In this document: positions 47,705-60,170 of the stretch, in pieces
How the letters are laid out: each line of letters opens with the position of its first letter
Numbering within the stretch: the stretch's first letter is position 1
Source: Phyllobates terribilis
Lineage: Eukaryota
Direction of reading: 5' to 3'
DNA: 64,000 nucleotides
Assembly (NCBI RefSeq): GCF_046119375.1
Contig: NW_027362765.1
Coordinates: 67,828,001-67,892,000 of the forward strand
Program-made: the position numbers and the translations under genes
The notes under the pieces: generated by a model
What the model was told of the DNA's origin: nothing
The model's database searches: none
The model's input: only the letters and a program-made list of their open reading frames with translations

Positions 47705-48121
47705 CCTTCTCCCCCCTAGTGGACCGTGGCCTACCTTGCGATGATCCTCTTCCGTAGGCCGCGGCTCCGCAGTGGATCGTCAGGGTTGAGGACCTTCCGT
47801 CGCGCTCCTGTGACGTCGGCGTCTGCTGGGCTCCTTCCAGGACCTTACGCAACGTCCGGACGTGAGGCGGGGCTTCAGTTCTCGCGCGCTTTCGGAGTCC
47901 ACGCCCCTCTTCTTCCCGCGCGGCATCCTCAAGATGGCGTCCAATGGCGGGAAAACTCCACGTATGGCGGGAAGAAGGCCGAAGATGGCGCCGGATGGCG
48001 GGAAAACTCCACCGATGGCGGGAAGGAAGCGGAAGATGGCGTCGGATGGCGGGAATCTTCACCACAGGTAAGTTTGAACAGTCTTTTTCAGGCACGCAGT
48101 ACCCGGTGGTTGCGGGCACGA

Positions 48122-48140
48122 AATCCTGCCGACTACGCCA
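48122..48140 (-). promoter_or_regulatory. Primer-binding site for tRNA-Ser
   Basis: Plus strand AATCCTGCCGACTACGCCA matches my recollection of the 3' end of vertebrate tRNA-Ser(AGA/CGA/TGA group) plus CCA. It lies 5 nt from the LTR. Confidence 0.88.
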
Positions 48141-48145
48141 AAAGT

Positions 48146-49142
48146 TGACGCGCCCCTGGGCCTGTGTCGCGCTGCGTTGCGCACGCGGGAGCTTACCCGG
48201 AGCCGGATCTCTTGAGGGTTGTAGTCTCGTGGCGGTGATCCGGTCCGTGCCCAGGGAGTCAGACTAAGTGTCGCTGTATTAGCGGTAGATGTTGGACGAC
48301 TACGCCACCCGTTGAGTACAGCTAAGGAGCTGCTGCTGCAGGGCAGACCGCTGAGGCCGGTGGTAGGATTGTGCAGCGTGATAGTGTAACCCCCAACGGG
48401 AGGGGTATGGCCTCAGGGCAGCCGACGTGGATGATGGGGGTAGCAGGAACCACTCAGAGACGGTACGGTGTAGTTCAGGGTCTTTACTGGTGACAACGAT
48501 AGACCCTCCCGGAGTACTGGCTAGCGATTGGGGCCTGGTCAGTCCTTGAGCAGATGGGATCTCCCCTGGCCAGGCGGAGTTGTAGGCCTCCCAAACTAAC
48601 GATACTCTTCTGGCTACCTTGCTAGAAGCGGGTATAAGTAGCCCACGTCCCTGAGTGTACCGTGTGGTGCTCACCCGTATGGCCGGTGACTCAGGGCCTT
48701 CTAGTAGCTTCCGCTCCACGACGGCGGTGCTGGTCCCACGCGTGTGACCGTGCCTTCGGGTTTCTGGGCCAGAGTACCTGCAATCCCCTGCCGGTCGGTT
48801 TCTGCTGCTGGATAGGAGTTAGTCCCCACAGCCTCGGACTCCGGGTCCGGAGATAACTTCTCAGTCAGGGCGAGCTCTGCAGCTGCCAGCCCCTGACTCC
48901 TTGTAGTACTGCTCCCACAGAGCTCCTGATGTTCTTTCCTATATCTACTTCTCTTCTCTGTCTCTACTTCTTCTCTACTCACTAACCCTGCCTCAGCCCT
49001 AGGTTTATATAGGGGAAGTTCTTCCCCTCCCAGGACTGGGCAGGAGGTGTGGCATGCACAGGATCCCTGACCAAGAGACCTCCCACCTGTTCTCAGCATA
49101 ACATTGCCGTTACTGTGGAAACCAGACCCCTGGGGTGCCACA
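48146..49142 (-). repeat. 5' LTR (997 bp), TATA box at 49011-49004
   Basis: Direct repeat of 41274-42250 with an extra 19 nt near its inner end. Confidence 0.95.
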
Positions 49143-49663
49143 ATTACACTTGGGGTTATTTACTGTGGAAAAACAAAGGCTTAGGGTGATCTTATTAGTA
49201 TGTACAAGTATATGAGGGGACAGTACAAAGACCTCTCTACTGATCTTTTTACTCTGAGGCCAGAGACGGGGACAAGGGGGCATCTTCTACGTCTGGAGGA
49301 AAGAAGGTTTAATCATAATCACAGACGGGGATTCTTTACTGTAAGAGCAGTGAGACTATGGAGCTCTCTGCCGCATGATGTTGTAATGAGTGATTCACTA
49401 CTAAAATTTAAGAAGGGCCCGGATGCCTTTCTTGAGAAGTATAATATTACAGGTTATATATACTAGATTCCTTGATAGGGCGTTAATCCAGGGAACTAGT
49501 CTGATTGTCGTATGGAGTCGGGAAGGAATTTTTTTCCCCAATGTGGAGCTTAGTGTTTGCCACATGTTTTTTTTTTGCCTTTCTCTGGATCAACATGTTA
49601 GGCTATGGGTTGAACTAGATGGACTTAGTCTTCCTTCAACCTTAAAAACTATGTTACTATGTA

Positions 49664-50949
49664 GTAGTAATACGAAAAAGAGAATTTGCCCATCTCAGAT
49701 GAATAAATTATATAGCAGTAGAAATTTACGGCTATGCAAAGCTGGACCTCCAAAAAGGCTTAGTGAGGGCTGGCTGCTGGCCCTCTAAAATTAGAGTGAG
49801 GTCTGCCTGATGGCCCTCTGACAACAGTGAGGGCCGTTTGCTGGCCTTCTGACAATAGTAAGGGCCACCTGATGGCGTTATCCAAATAGTGAGGGCCACC
49901 TGATGGCCCTGAAAATTTTTTTTTTTTATGACTATCCGAGTCCCTCCTTCAAAAATTCAACAGGATGTGTCTGATCATGCCTCACGCACCACATGTCCAG
50001 ATAAGATGGTAAAAGGTTAAAATTACATTTCCTGGTGAATGTTTTTTCACCATTGAAAGCAATGCGAATGTGAAAAAAGACTACGTGTGAACATAGCCCA
50101 AGATTTTATTTGCAGGCCTCATTCCATTTGCACTGAGCAGTAGTATGATGTGCTTTACCAAAAAGCTCTATCTTGGTCTCATCTGTCCACGACGCCTGCT
50201 GGCCCTCTAAAAATAGTGAAGGCCGCCTACTGGTCCTTAAAGTTTCAAACTTTACTGTATTAGTGCAAAAAAGAAAATTTGCCTACCTGAGATGGATAAA
50301 TTATATTGCAGTAGTAATATATGGCCTGCAAAGCATAGCCGGCTGCTGGTTCTCCAAAAATGCTTAATGAGTGCTGTCTGATGGCCCTGAAAAAAAAATA
50401 AATTCATGACTATCAGAGTCCCTCTTTCATAAATTAAACAGGATGTGTCTGATTATGCCTCACACACCACCTGGTCAGATAAGGTAGTAAAATGTTAAAA
50501 TGACATTTCCTGATGAAAAAACTACATGTGAACATAGCCCAAGATGTGAAGGAGCATTTTTTTTCTTTAATTTATTTTGCCTTATAAACAAGTCTTTATC
50601 CTGGATAGAATGTTTCTTAACATGTTTCCCAGTAAAATCCATTTTTATCTTCGGTTTTGTATGTATTATTGTCAGTCTGTAAAAGTGGCGTAATACTCTG
50701 ACAAAATTGTTCCCAGCAGTGACCTGGGATTCAGAGATGCTTCCAGGGGTCTTCCCCATGCCATTTCGGTGCTGTTTCCATAGATTTTAGCTATTCTTAG
50801 ACCTCTCCAGACCCCCTTGGAGGGTGGAAAATCCTCGAGTTTCCCAATGACATCCATTATACTCGTTACTTGGGTCGAGTACTCGAGTATTACGATTTGC
50901 TCTACTCGAGTGATGAGCACGCAAGCATTTTAGTGCTGACTCATCACTA
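49664..50949. mobile_element. Composite module copy 2, continued: tandemly duplicated hAT subterminal unit and right TIR
   Basis: 49664-50103 resembles 50255-50545, with GGCCCTCT repeats and a short Tc1 piece at 50104-50190. Ends GTGCTGACTCATCACTA. Confidence 0.7.
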
Positions 50950-51204
50950 CTATTGAAGCAAGTGAAAAGTAAAAAAAAAAGTTTTTAAAAAAATTTATAT
51001 ATAAATGTTTAAATCATCCCCCTTTTACCACATTCAAAATAAAACAATAAAAAAAATCAAAGAACACACATTTGTGGTATCACTGTGTTCAGAAACGCCC
51101 GATCTATCAAAATATAAAAATAATAAATTCATTCGATAAATAGCATAACAAGAAAAAAAATCAAAACACCAGAATTTTTGAAAGCCGCAACTTTGCAATA
51201 AAAT

Positions 51205-52760
51205 GTTTGTGGAGTATTCGAAGCAGCGCAACATTCGAAGCAGCGTCCCTTGTGGAGGCCAACTCATTGGTGGTGAAGTGATGGTGTTCCTCAGAGCGAC
51301 TGTGTGTGCTATAGCTGAATCTCCACTATTGCATGCTGCTCGCACAGTCTCTCCAGCATATGCAAGATGGACCACCTTGTGGTTACATTCCATAAGAGGT
51401 GGTGAGCGGGAAAGCAGAGGTGATACTGCAGCGCAGACAGGCGAGCAGTAGCAGGGTAAGAACACTGGAAGCCCACACTTTCAGCAGCAGCTCTGACATA
51501 TGGGGGTAATTTTTAAGGAAGCTTTGCACCACCAAATTCAGCACATGCACCAGGCAAGGGATGTGCATCAAAATGACTAGGCCGAGAGCTGATATGAGAT
51601 TTTTCCTTTTATCGCACCCCACCAGGCAGGGCTTGAGGTTCATCGTCTCTAATCACTGATCAGTTTGTTGTTTGATCCCCCTTCACAGCTCCTGTGTGGA
51701 GTGAGATCTTTCACCCAAACAAATGAGTTTCAAAATAGCCTGCTGTCGTTTCCCCCTGGCTGTGCTGAAGTTGGTGCATGCAGGTGTTACGCTGACCAGA
51801 TGAGGAGGTGGTGGAGGAAGCCAAGTAGAGGAAGAGGCAATATGGACAAAGAAACATCCAGTGATCCTTTGTGGTGATAGGACATGCACTACAAAGCCTT
51901 CTGCCTCAGGCCCAGCCACTACTACATTTATTTGGGGAGATATAATGTCCCTGGCTGTGCTTACTGATCCATGTATTGGTGATTATGTAGACCTTACCAT
52001 TGATCTGGAAATGTAGTGACGCCTAGGAACACCGTACCGTAGGACAGCCACCGCCATCAGTTTTTTAAAACTGTCTTCACCAGCCGGAATAGCAGCATTG
52101 CAAAGGCCAGGAATTTTGAAATGCTGTCATTCAGGACCAGGGCTCGTGGTTGGATTAGGGGTGTATTTTCGTTTTCTCTCCAGTGTTTGGGGGATGGACA
52201 GCTGAACACTTCCATGGGATGGCTAGGAGAAGCTCAGTGACACTGCTGTTAGTTCTGTCACATCCTCTCTTTGCAGGGAACCAAGTGGCCCTGTTGATTG
52301 GGAGCTGGAGGAAGAGACCGAGACTGCAACAGAAGAGGGAGCAGGAGGAGTCTCAGATTTTCCCTGTTTTTTCAGTCTACTCCACTTCAGCTCATGCCTT
52401 GATTGCAGATGCCTCATCATGCGGGTGGTGCTCAGGTTCAGAACATTTATGCCTCGCTTCAGGCTCTGACTGCACAGCGTGCAAACCACCCATCTCTTGT
52501 CATCGGCACATTGCCTGAAGAAATGCACGCCAGGGAGCTCCTTTGAGCTGGCTTTGGTATGCTCAATTCGTTGGGAAGGGGGGCAGTAGCAGATGACGTA
52601 CTGGCTAGGGGCTGTCCACTGTGCTTTCCACCCTTCTTCCTCTTTTGCTGTGCAGCTGGATTAGCGTGACCACCTCCTTCTCCTCCAAACTGTGCACGTC
52701 ACACGGATGGCCTTCACTCCATGTAGGGTTTACGATCACATCATCCCCCACATCATCTGA
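51205..52760 (-). pseudogene. hAT transposase fragment (composite module copy 2, right part)
   Basis: HIPCLVHVLNLVVQSFLKNY and BED finger WVVCTLCSQSLKRG..LSTTRMMRHLQSRH on the minus strand. Confidence 0.82.
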
Positions 52761-52902
52761 GAATCGTAGAATGTTAGAGTTGGAAGGAACCTCCAGGGTC
52801 ATCGTGTTCAACCCCTGCTCAATGCAGAATTCACAAAACCATCTCAGACAGATGTCTGTACATCCTCTGTTTGAAGACTTCCATTGAAGGAGAACTTGAC
52901 AC

Positions 52903-53290
52903 TAGTGATGAGTGAACGTGCTCGGATAACCTGTTACACAAGCATTCTCGCGTGTTATCTGAGTATATTGGGTTCGGATAATATGTTCAAGACCTTGTGG
53001 CTGCATGTTTTGCGACTGTTATACAGCCTCAACACATGTGGGAATTGTCTAACAAACAGGCAATCCCTGCAACCTGTAGAATGTAAGCCCACAAAGGCAG
53101 GGTCCTCTTCCCTCTGTACCAGTCTATCATTGTTAGTTTGTTTACTGTAAGTGATATTTGGTATGTAACCCCTCCTTATGTATAGCACCATGGAATCAAT
53201 GGCGCTATATAAATAAATAATAATGTGTTGCGACTGTTTTAAAAGCTGCAAAACATGTAACCGCAGGGACTCGAACATATTATCCGAGTG
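52903..53290. mobile_element. hAT MITE (same family as 28990), interrupted and 3'-incomplete
   Basis: Starts TAGTGATGAGTGAACGTGCTCGGATAA; internal similarity to 28990-29283. Confidence 0.75.
53072..53223 (+). mobile_element. 3' end of an L2-type LINE or SINE with (AAT)n-like tail
   Basis: AGAATGTAAGC..GGCAGGGTCCTC..GGCGCTATATAAATAAATAATAAT inserted in CCCTGCA|TGTGTTG of the MITE. Confidence 0.7.
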
Positions 53291-53860
53291 TAAGGTGCCC
53301 TCATGGGCGAGGGGCTGGTGTATTACCACATGTTGGCACTTCCCAAATAAACAGTGTCCCGTGCTGTGCGTGTGGTGCAGAACACTCATGCTTCGGCCGC
53401 AGGCCTCCGCTGAATCCAGGCTCACGGATCTGGGAACATCCGCAGACAAATTAGGGGACGCTTGCTTCATAACCAACAGTTCAATTTTACTTAGCATCTT
53501 GAGTTCAATCGCAGTTACAGCACTGTACGTTTCCACATTCTCCATTTGTTCAGCCTGAGCTATTCCTTTGCCGGATGGCTCCCGTGGCCCCTGGGATACT
53601 CTTTCCAGCCCCGCAACTCCCATGAGTCCCATCTTGTTTTCTTCACACGTCTCCCCGTCCAGCATCCTGTTGTGGGAAAGGAATAAGACACCCTTCCCAG
53701 TGCCTCGTTCTGGCCATAGGTCTCGAACATTGCAGGGATGTCCGTAGAAAACAGTAACCGACGTCCTCATGCTCCCTGGACAGTCTGTATTTTTCATTCC
53801 CTCAAGTCCTCTGGCCTTGAACTCTGCTACCACTTTAAATTGTAATCTAATCTTCAACTA

Positions 53861-54253
53861 CAGTTAGGTCCATATATATTTGGACAGAGACAACATTTTT
53901 CTAATTTTGGTTCTAGACATTACCACAATGAATTTTAAACAAAACAATTCAGATGCAGTTGAAGTTCAGACTTTCAGCTTTCATTTGAGGGTATCCACAT
54001 TAAAATTGGATGAAAGGTTTAGGAGTTTCAGTGCCACCCTGTTTTTAAAGGGACCAAAAGTAATTGGACAATTGACTCCAAGGCTATTTCATGGACAGGT
54101 GTGGGCAATCCCTTCGTTATGTCATTCTCAATTAAGCAGATAAAAGGCCTGGAGTTGATTTGAGGTGTGGTGCTTGCATTTGGAAGGTTTTGCTGTGAAG
54201 TAAACATGCGGTCAAAGTAGCTCTCCATGCAGGTGAAACAAGCCATCCTTAGG
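53861..54253 (+). mobile_element. Tc1 left end and transposase start (third family), truncated
   Basis: TA|CAGTTAGGTCCATA terminus; ATGCGGTCAAAG..CTCTCCATGCAGGTGAAACAAGCCATC. Confidence 0.75.
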
Positions 54254-54372
54254 CTGTGTGCCCACGATGCGTTTTTTAAGCGTTTCCGCAGCGCCAAAAA
54301 CGCTGCAGAAACGCTAAAAAAGTGCTTGGTAGAAGGCCTGCCATGTTCCCCAATGATAATCCGCATGTGCTG
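54254..54372 (+). mobile_element. Harbinger-like MITE fragment
   Basis: TTA|GGCTGTGTGCCCACG; reverse complement of about 62840-62964. Confidence 0.8.
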
Positions 54373-55654
54373 TGAGACGGACTCTACAACTCACAGAAGT
54401 TGCTCAGGTAGTGCAGCTCATCCAGGATGGCACATCAATGCGAGCTGTGGCAAGAAGGTTTGCTGTGTCTGTCAGCATAGTGTCCAGAGGCTGGAGGTGC
54501 TACCAGGAGACAGGCCAGTATACCAGGAGACGTGGAGGGGGCCGTAGGAGGGCAACAACCCAGCAGCAGGAACGCTACCTCCGCCTTTGTGCAAGGAGGA
54601 ACAGGAGGAGCACTGCCAGAGCCCTGCAAAATGACCTCCAGCAGGCCACAAATGTGCATGTGTCTGCACAAACAGTTAGAAACCGACTCCATGAGGGTGG
54701 TATGAGGGCCCGACGTCCACAGATGGGGGTTGTGCTCACAGCCCAACACCGTGCAGGACGCTTGGCATTTGCCACAGAACACCAGGATTGGCAAAGTCGC
54801 CACTGGCGCCCTGTGCTCTTCACAGATAAAAGCAGGTTCACACTGAGCACATGTGACAGACGTGACAGAGTCTGGAGACGCCGTGGAGAGTGATCTGCTG
54901 CCTGAAACATCCTTCAGCATGACCGGTTTGGCAGTGGGTCAGTAATGGTGTGGTGTGGCATTTCTTTGGAGGACCGCACAGCCCTCCATGTGCTCGCCAG
55001 AGGTAGCCTGACTGCCATTAGGTACCGAGATGACATCCTCAGACCCCTTGTGAGACCATAAGCTGGTGCGGTTGGCCTTGGGTTCCTCCTAATGCAGGAC
55101 AATGCCAGACCTCATGTGGCTGGAGTGTGTCATCAGTTCCTGCAAGATGAAGGCATTGAAGCTATGGACTGGCCCGCCCGATCCCCAGACCTGAATCCGA
55201 TTGAGCACATCTGGAACATCATGTCTCGCTCCATCCACCAACGTCACGTTACACCACAGACTGTCCAGAAGTTGGCGGATGCTTTAGTCCAGGTCTGGGA
55301 GGAGATCCCACAGGAGACTATCAGCAACCTCATCAGGAGCATGCCCAGGCGTTGTAGGGAGGTCATACAGGTACGTGGAGGCCACATACAATACTGAGCC
55401 TCATTTTGACTTGTTTTAAGGACATTACATCAAAGTTGGATCAGCCTGTAGTGTGTTTTTCCACTATAATTTTGGGGTTGACTCCAAATCCAGGCCTCCA
55501 TTGGTTAATAAATTTGATTTCCATTGATGATTTTTGTGTGATTTTGTTTTCAGCACATTCAACTTTGTACAGAACAAAGTATTCAATGAGAATATTTCAT
55601 TCATTCAGATCTAGGATGTGTTATTTGAGTGATCCCTTTATTGTTTGAACAGTG
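54373..55654 (+). mobile_element. Tc1 element, 5'-truncated, transposase with stops
   Basis: [32 protein letters not shown] and WPARSPDLNPIEHIW; right end CAGTG|TA. Confidence 0.92.
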
Positions 55655-55829
55655 TAGTATATACAGAGCTTATTTAACCAATCGCCATGTATTATAAGAG
55701 GCCCAATGGCCGTAAGCAAAAAAAAGCTAGCAAAGGATTACAGACTTGTATGCTTACCCATAGGAAGGGGAGACTTGGTGAGACCCTGTCAGCACAGCCC
55801 CGAAGCACTTTTGGCGTACAGCTTATCTC

Positions 55830-56450
55830 CCATTGAGGTGGTGTGTGAGTGGAAGACACTGAATGTCTGGTCTGTTAGGTATGAGAAGATCCAAGATAGG
55901 GTCAAGTCTGTGATGCCAAGAGATGAGAGAGTCTGTAGAAGGAGAGAATGGTCCACTATTTCAAAGGCAGATGACAGGCCCAGGAGGAAGACAGGGTAGT
56001 GTCGCTTTGATTTGGCGGTTAGTAGGACATTGGTGACTTTGGTCAAGGCAATTTCAATGGAATGGTGCAGTCGGAAGCCAGATTGTAAGCGGTCAAAGAG
56101 GGAGCAGGAGGAGAGATGGGAGGACAGTTCAAAATGGACGTGTTGTTCCAGTACTTTTGAGGCATAGGAAAGAAGTGATATGGGGGGATAGCGTGATCAA
56201 GGCATGTTTGAAGCATGAGGGCAAGACACCAGTTGTTAGTGACAGGTTGAAGAGGTGGGTTAGGGTTGGGATGAAGACTGTGGTAAGGTTTGGGGTGAGG
56301 TGGGACGGGATTGGGTGAAGTTCACAGGTGTTGAGATGTGATTTGGAGAGTAAAGAGGAAAGTTGATCTTCTGTGATGGCGGAGAAGCTGGTTTTGGAGC
56401 CTGGAGGAAAAGATTTGAGTAGTTATGAGGAGGGGCTGTGGGGAGTTTAG
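55830..56450 (-). mobile_element. L2 LINE RT fragment
   Basis: LLGLSSAFEIVDHSLLLQTLSSLGITDLTLSWIFSYLTDQTFSV resembles the L2 LLDLSAAFDTVDH motif. Confidence 0.8.
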
Positions 56451-56589
56451 GCAAAAGCTTTGCATTATGTTGTCAATCTTCTATTACATAATTACAGTAT
56501 ATTTTGCAGTACCACAAATATACCTTTATGTCACCCAGCAGTTCTCTTCAGGAGGTGCCAGGATCTTCCATTACCACCAGGAATATGTC

Positions 56590-56800
56590 ATTGAGTTTTC
56601 CTTGTTTTTCCAGCTTCTCGATCTTAACCCTATAAAGCATCTCTGGGACGAGGTAGAATGGGATGTTCTGAACATCTCATCTCCTTCATCTAATTTGCTG
56701 CAACTGCAAAAACCTATCCTATTGGCATGGGCCAGTATTCCTGGGGAACACCTTATTCAATCTAGGACGCAATTAATTGCTGAGGTTCTGAAGATCCAAC
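56590..56800 (+). mobile_element. Old Tc1 transposase remnant
   Basis: LDLNPIKHLWDEVE. Confidence 0.6.
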
Positions 56801-56956
56801 ACACGACTAGATGGGTGTCTCTAGTAATGTGGCCATTTAGTGTTTGTTTTACATCTGGTGGAGATGACCGGATAAAGCTGATCATAGACATTAGATGTTG
56901 TCCGGATCTTCTAAAATGTTTTTATCTGTCTGTGACTTTTACAATATTTCTTTCAG

Positions 56957-57047
56957 GGTAAAGATTTAACCCATATTAATACTACAGAGACATATGTGAG
57001 GGATGATGAGCGGTGTAAAGAGGAGATTCCTACAGATAACCGCACAG
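56957..57047 (+). CDS. Zinc-finger gene, coding exon 5
   Basis: TTTCTTTCAG|GGT acceptor, 91 nt, GKDLTHINTTETYVRDDERCKEEIPTDNRT, donor GTGAGT. Phase 0 matches exon 4, and it resembles the usual linker exon of this gene family. Confidence 0.88.
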
Positions 57048-57894
57048 GTGAGTAGTGATCACTAAATGAAGAGAAGTCACAGGTTCTACTCAGTCACTGG
57101 CTTGCAGAGTAACTTTAGCTGTTCGGGATTTTTTCAGGTGTGTTCATATGAAATTTTTGATGTGGATGTAGGGGCTGATTCGTTATGGGGTTACCTGGTT
57201 ATATTCTTTTTTTATTTTTAAAATGTGCTAATAACTATCATGCAAGTAGTCACTTCCTACCTACCTTTTGTGCCTGCTGCCGATCTCTACTGACACATAG
57301 TGGTCACAGACTGTTCTTACTGGTGATTCACCTTCTCTTCCACTCTGCTCTGTTGATGGGGCATGACTGCCGATGTCATGCTGTGTTAGTTTAACTGCGG
57401 AAAGCCGGCTTTCAATCACCATGACATTGGAAGTCTTGCCCTATCAACAAAGCAGCCTGGAAGAAGAGCTGCTCGTTGACGTGGAGCAGATAAGTCACTG
57501 GCTGGAGCGTTTGGTGACAACTCTGACACAGGACTGAGTACAGCAGGCTGGTTATTGCCTCTATCAGCAAATACCTGCCTGTTTAGTTTTAGGCCCATAG
57601 TAAAAAAAAAACAAAAAACTAAGTCTTGGACAATCTCCTCAAGATCGGCACCATGCACACCAGTCTTTAATGAAGGGAGGCGGTGGGGTAAGTAATGCTG
57701 AATTCATTCAGATGTGCACACACTACCTCTTTTCAGTGGTACGTGCCTCACCAGAAATGGTACCCAATTTAAAGATGGATTGGAGCAACATTTCTGATGG
57801 GTAAGTTGACGCTTGTGCTTTGGCTACACGAACCTCATGGGACTTGGTGCCACAGTTTGTGTCTATGGCTACTCAGACACAGAGTAGCCTTTAG

Positions 57895-58236
57895 CAGGGC
57901 TGTGGAGGCAGTAAGCTAAACCTCCGACTCCTCAATTTCCATGCCACCGACTCCGACTCCACAACTCCGACTCCCTCATACGTGGCTCATGTTTAAGTGA
58001 TAAATTTACTATAGCACAGATTCATCTCCGCTAAAAGTCTAGACCTTTAGATCAGGAATAGGACAAACATTTCATAACTTTCCCAAATTCTTATAAACAA
58101 ATGTTCCCCACAAACTGCATTGTACTACTGTACCCAATTTATTATATATTTTAGGAGTTGGAGTGGGTCCATTTTATACCGACTCTGACTCTAGCTCCAC
58201 CAAAATGGGCTCTAACTCCACGACTCCACAGCCCTG
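57895..58236. mobile_element. hAT MITE with (CCGACT) repeats
   Basis: TIRs CAGGGCTGTGGAG / CTCCACAGCCCTG; TSD GCCTTTAG / GCCTTTTG. Confidence 0.88.
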
Positions 58237-58244
58237 GCCTTTTG

Positions 58245-60170
58245 TAGAGATGTTCAGAAAACGTTCGCCAATTTCAAATTCGGCACGAACATTGCACATT
58301 TGGATTCGTGATTGGACACCCGAGCTTTTTTACTCAAAATCATCAAAATTCGGAGAAAAGTGCGGTAAATGATCGTGTTTCCACTAATGTATTTTTTAGG
58401 ACTTTGGCTAGGATAGTGGTGCTGTATGATGAGTGATGGGGACGTGTTTGATGAGGGGAGGGGGTAAGGAGAGGTCAGAAGAGCGGTGGACTGTTCTTCA
58501 TTTTTTTTATTTTTCTTAATTTAATGTGTTCAGATTCCGGGAGCGAATCAGGGCGCAGGAATCATCTTCAACATCCAGGCACAAGGGCTTGTGTCATTGG
58601 CTGCCAAAGTCACATGTTCCTTTCCATGTAAAGAGCAGACATGTTGTTTTGGCAGCATTTTGTCAGTGTAACAGCGCAAAGAGGCGGTGCCTGCTGCTGC
58701 TACTGGATAATGAAAGAGTGGGATAGATAGTTAGCTAGGTGGTTGCTTGCAAGTCAGATAATTTAGATAGGATCCTGTGTGCCTGTGAAATCGACCTTCC
58801 AGCAGATCAATTGTTTTTGCTAATAGTATGGTCCAGACAGAGATACCATGCCACATTTCAGCATAAAACTCTGTTGTGCTGATATTGTGCTCCACACAGG
58901 AGTACACCTTTTGAAACTTAAATTTTTTTCTGGTACTACCATGCTCTATCCAGGGCTCCACATTAGAAAATCAAATTTTTTCTCTGGTACTACCATGCTA
59001 CTTAAACCAGGCCACATCTGAGCTTGTAATTGTTTTGCGCTGAGATGCTGCTCTATCCAGGGCTCCCCATTAGAAAATCTAAATTTTTTTTAATAATAGC
59101 ATGCTCCAGCCATACTATCTGAGCAAATAAATACTGATTGGTAATTTAGTGAAAGGTGACTGACAGGTCTGGGCATAGGTTTGTTAAACAGCTGGTTAAA
59201 AGAGGGAAAGGGTACATTCAACAAGGGAAAAAGCGAGGTAGTGGTGGAAGGGGGAATAGGCTTGGTGTTCAAGATGTTCGTGGAGTAGGTGGTAATGTTA
59301 GTGAAAGCTCTACTGAACAAACACTGTCACATCCTATTCAAAGACAACTGACAACTCCTTTACTGGACGGGCTACTCCATTCCCTTTCTTTGGTAGCCGC
59401 ACAGCGGTATGCCTAGTATATGAAGGCCAGATAGAGTATGTGCTCCAGTGGATGGCAAGCGCTGCATCATGTGGCCTCTCCACCTCAACATCACACACAG
59501 TACAGTCCTTAGAGGTGGCACTCCAATTACCCTTGTTTACCACCGCGTCACAACTCTCCAATGGCCCATCTCACTGTAGGGCACCACAGATGGGTGTGTC
59601 TGTAGAGCTGTTCACACATTCTATGCTATGGGCATTAGAGGTCTGCTCCAAAGCTTCACAGACTCAGGAGGAAGAAAGCATCTGCACCAATGACTAAAAA
59701 TTTTTTCAGTTGGATCCCTGGCTGAGCGAAGTAGGGTCAGTGCAGAATCCAGACCCTCGTCACCAGTTGTTAACCCCTGGGGGAGGTGATCCTGATGAGA
59801 CTCAGATACCTGACGCGCACGCGGACTGTACTGTGCTGTCAGGGCAGGAAGAGGAGGAGGATGACTCTCAGTGCGAGGAGTGGGAGAACAGAGAGGATGA
59901 CGATGAGGTTGCAGATCCCACTTGGTGTGAACCCAGAGGCAGCTGAGTAGCTCATCGGAGGAGGAGGTTACATTGCAGCCTCCCGCCTAGACACGGAGTG
60001 ATGCAACCACGACAAGCACTGCATCCTCAGTCACAACTGTGGCTGTGGTCAGCAGCGGTCACAGGTCTGCAGTTTGCAAGGGCGGCAGGGGTTGCCTAGC
60101 CTGGGCCTTTTTTGAGAACGCAAAGTATGAGACAACTCACGATATCTGCCAACTTTGCAAAAAAACATTA
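58245..60170 (+). mobile_element. Degraded left part of a hAT element
   Basis: TAGAGATG-type end at 58245, acidic N-terminal fragments, and a BED-finger start SLAWAFFEN..ICQLC near 60100-60160. Confidence 0.6.

Larger units (their letters stand above)
41274..49142 (-). mobile_element. Full-length, apparently intact Ty3/Gypsy LTR retrotransposon (non-chromovirus, long LTRs)
   Basis: About 99% identical LTRs, ATTA TSD (41270-41273 / 49143-49146), tRNA-Ser PBS, PPT, and open gag and pol. Confidence 0.97.
38790..49466 (+). pseudogene. CR1 ORF2 (APE endonuclease plus RT), frameshifted and split by the Gypsy insertion
   Basis: [32 protein letters not shown] and GVPQG. YQDRLL at 41273 continues as HLGLFTVEK after 49146. 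Confidence 0.92.
36627..49663 (+). mobile_element. Full-length CR1 LINE with nested MITE and Gypsy insertions
   Basis: 5' UTR, ORF1, ORF2, 3' UTR and a (CTATGTTA) tail at about 49648-49663, with TGTA on both sides. The joined flanks match the paralogous empty site at about 50240-50290. Confidence 0.85.

Noticed and set aside
48122-48140. tRNA-Ser gene
   Set aside because: Only the 3' 19 nt including CCA are present, next to an LTR, so it is a primer-binding site.
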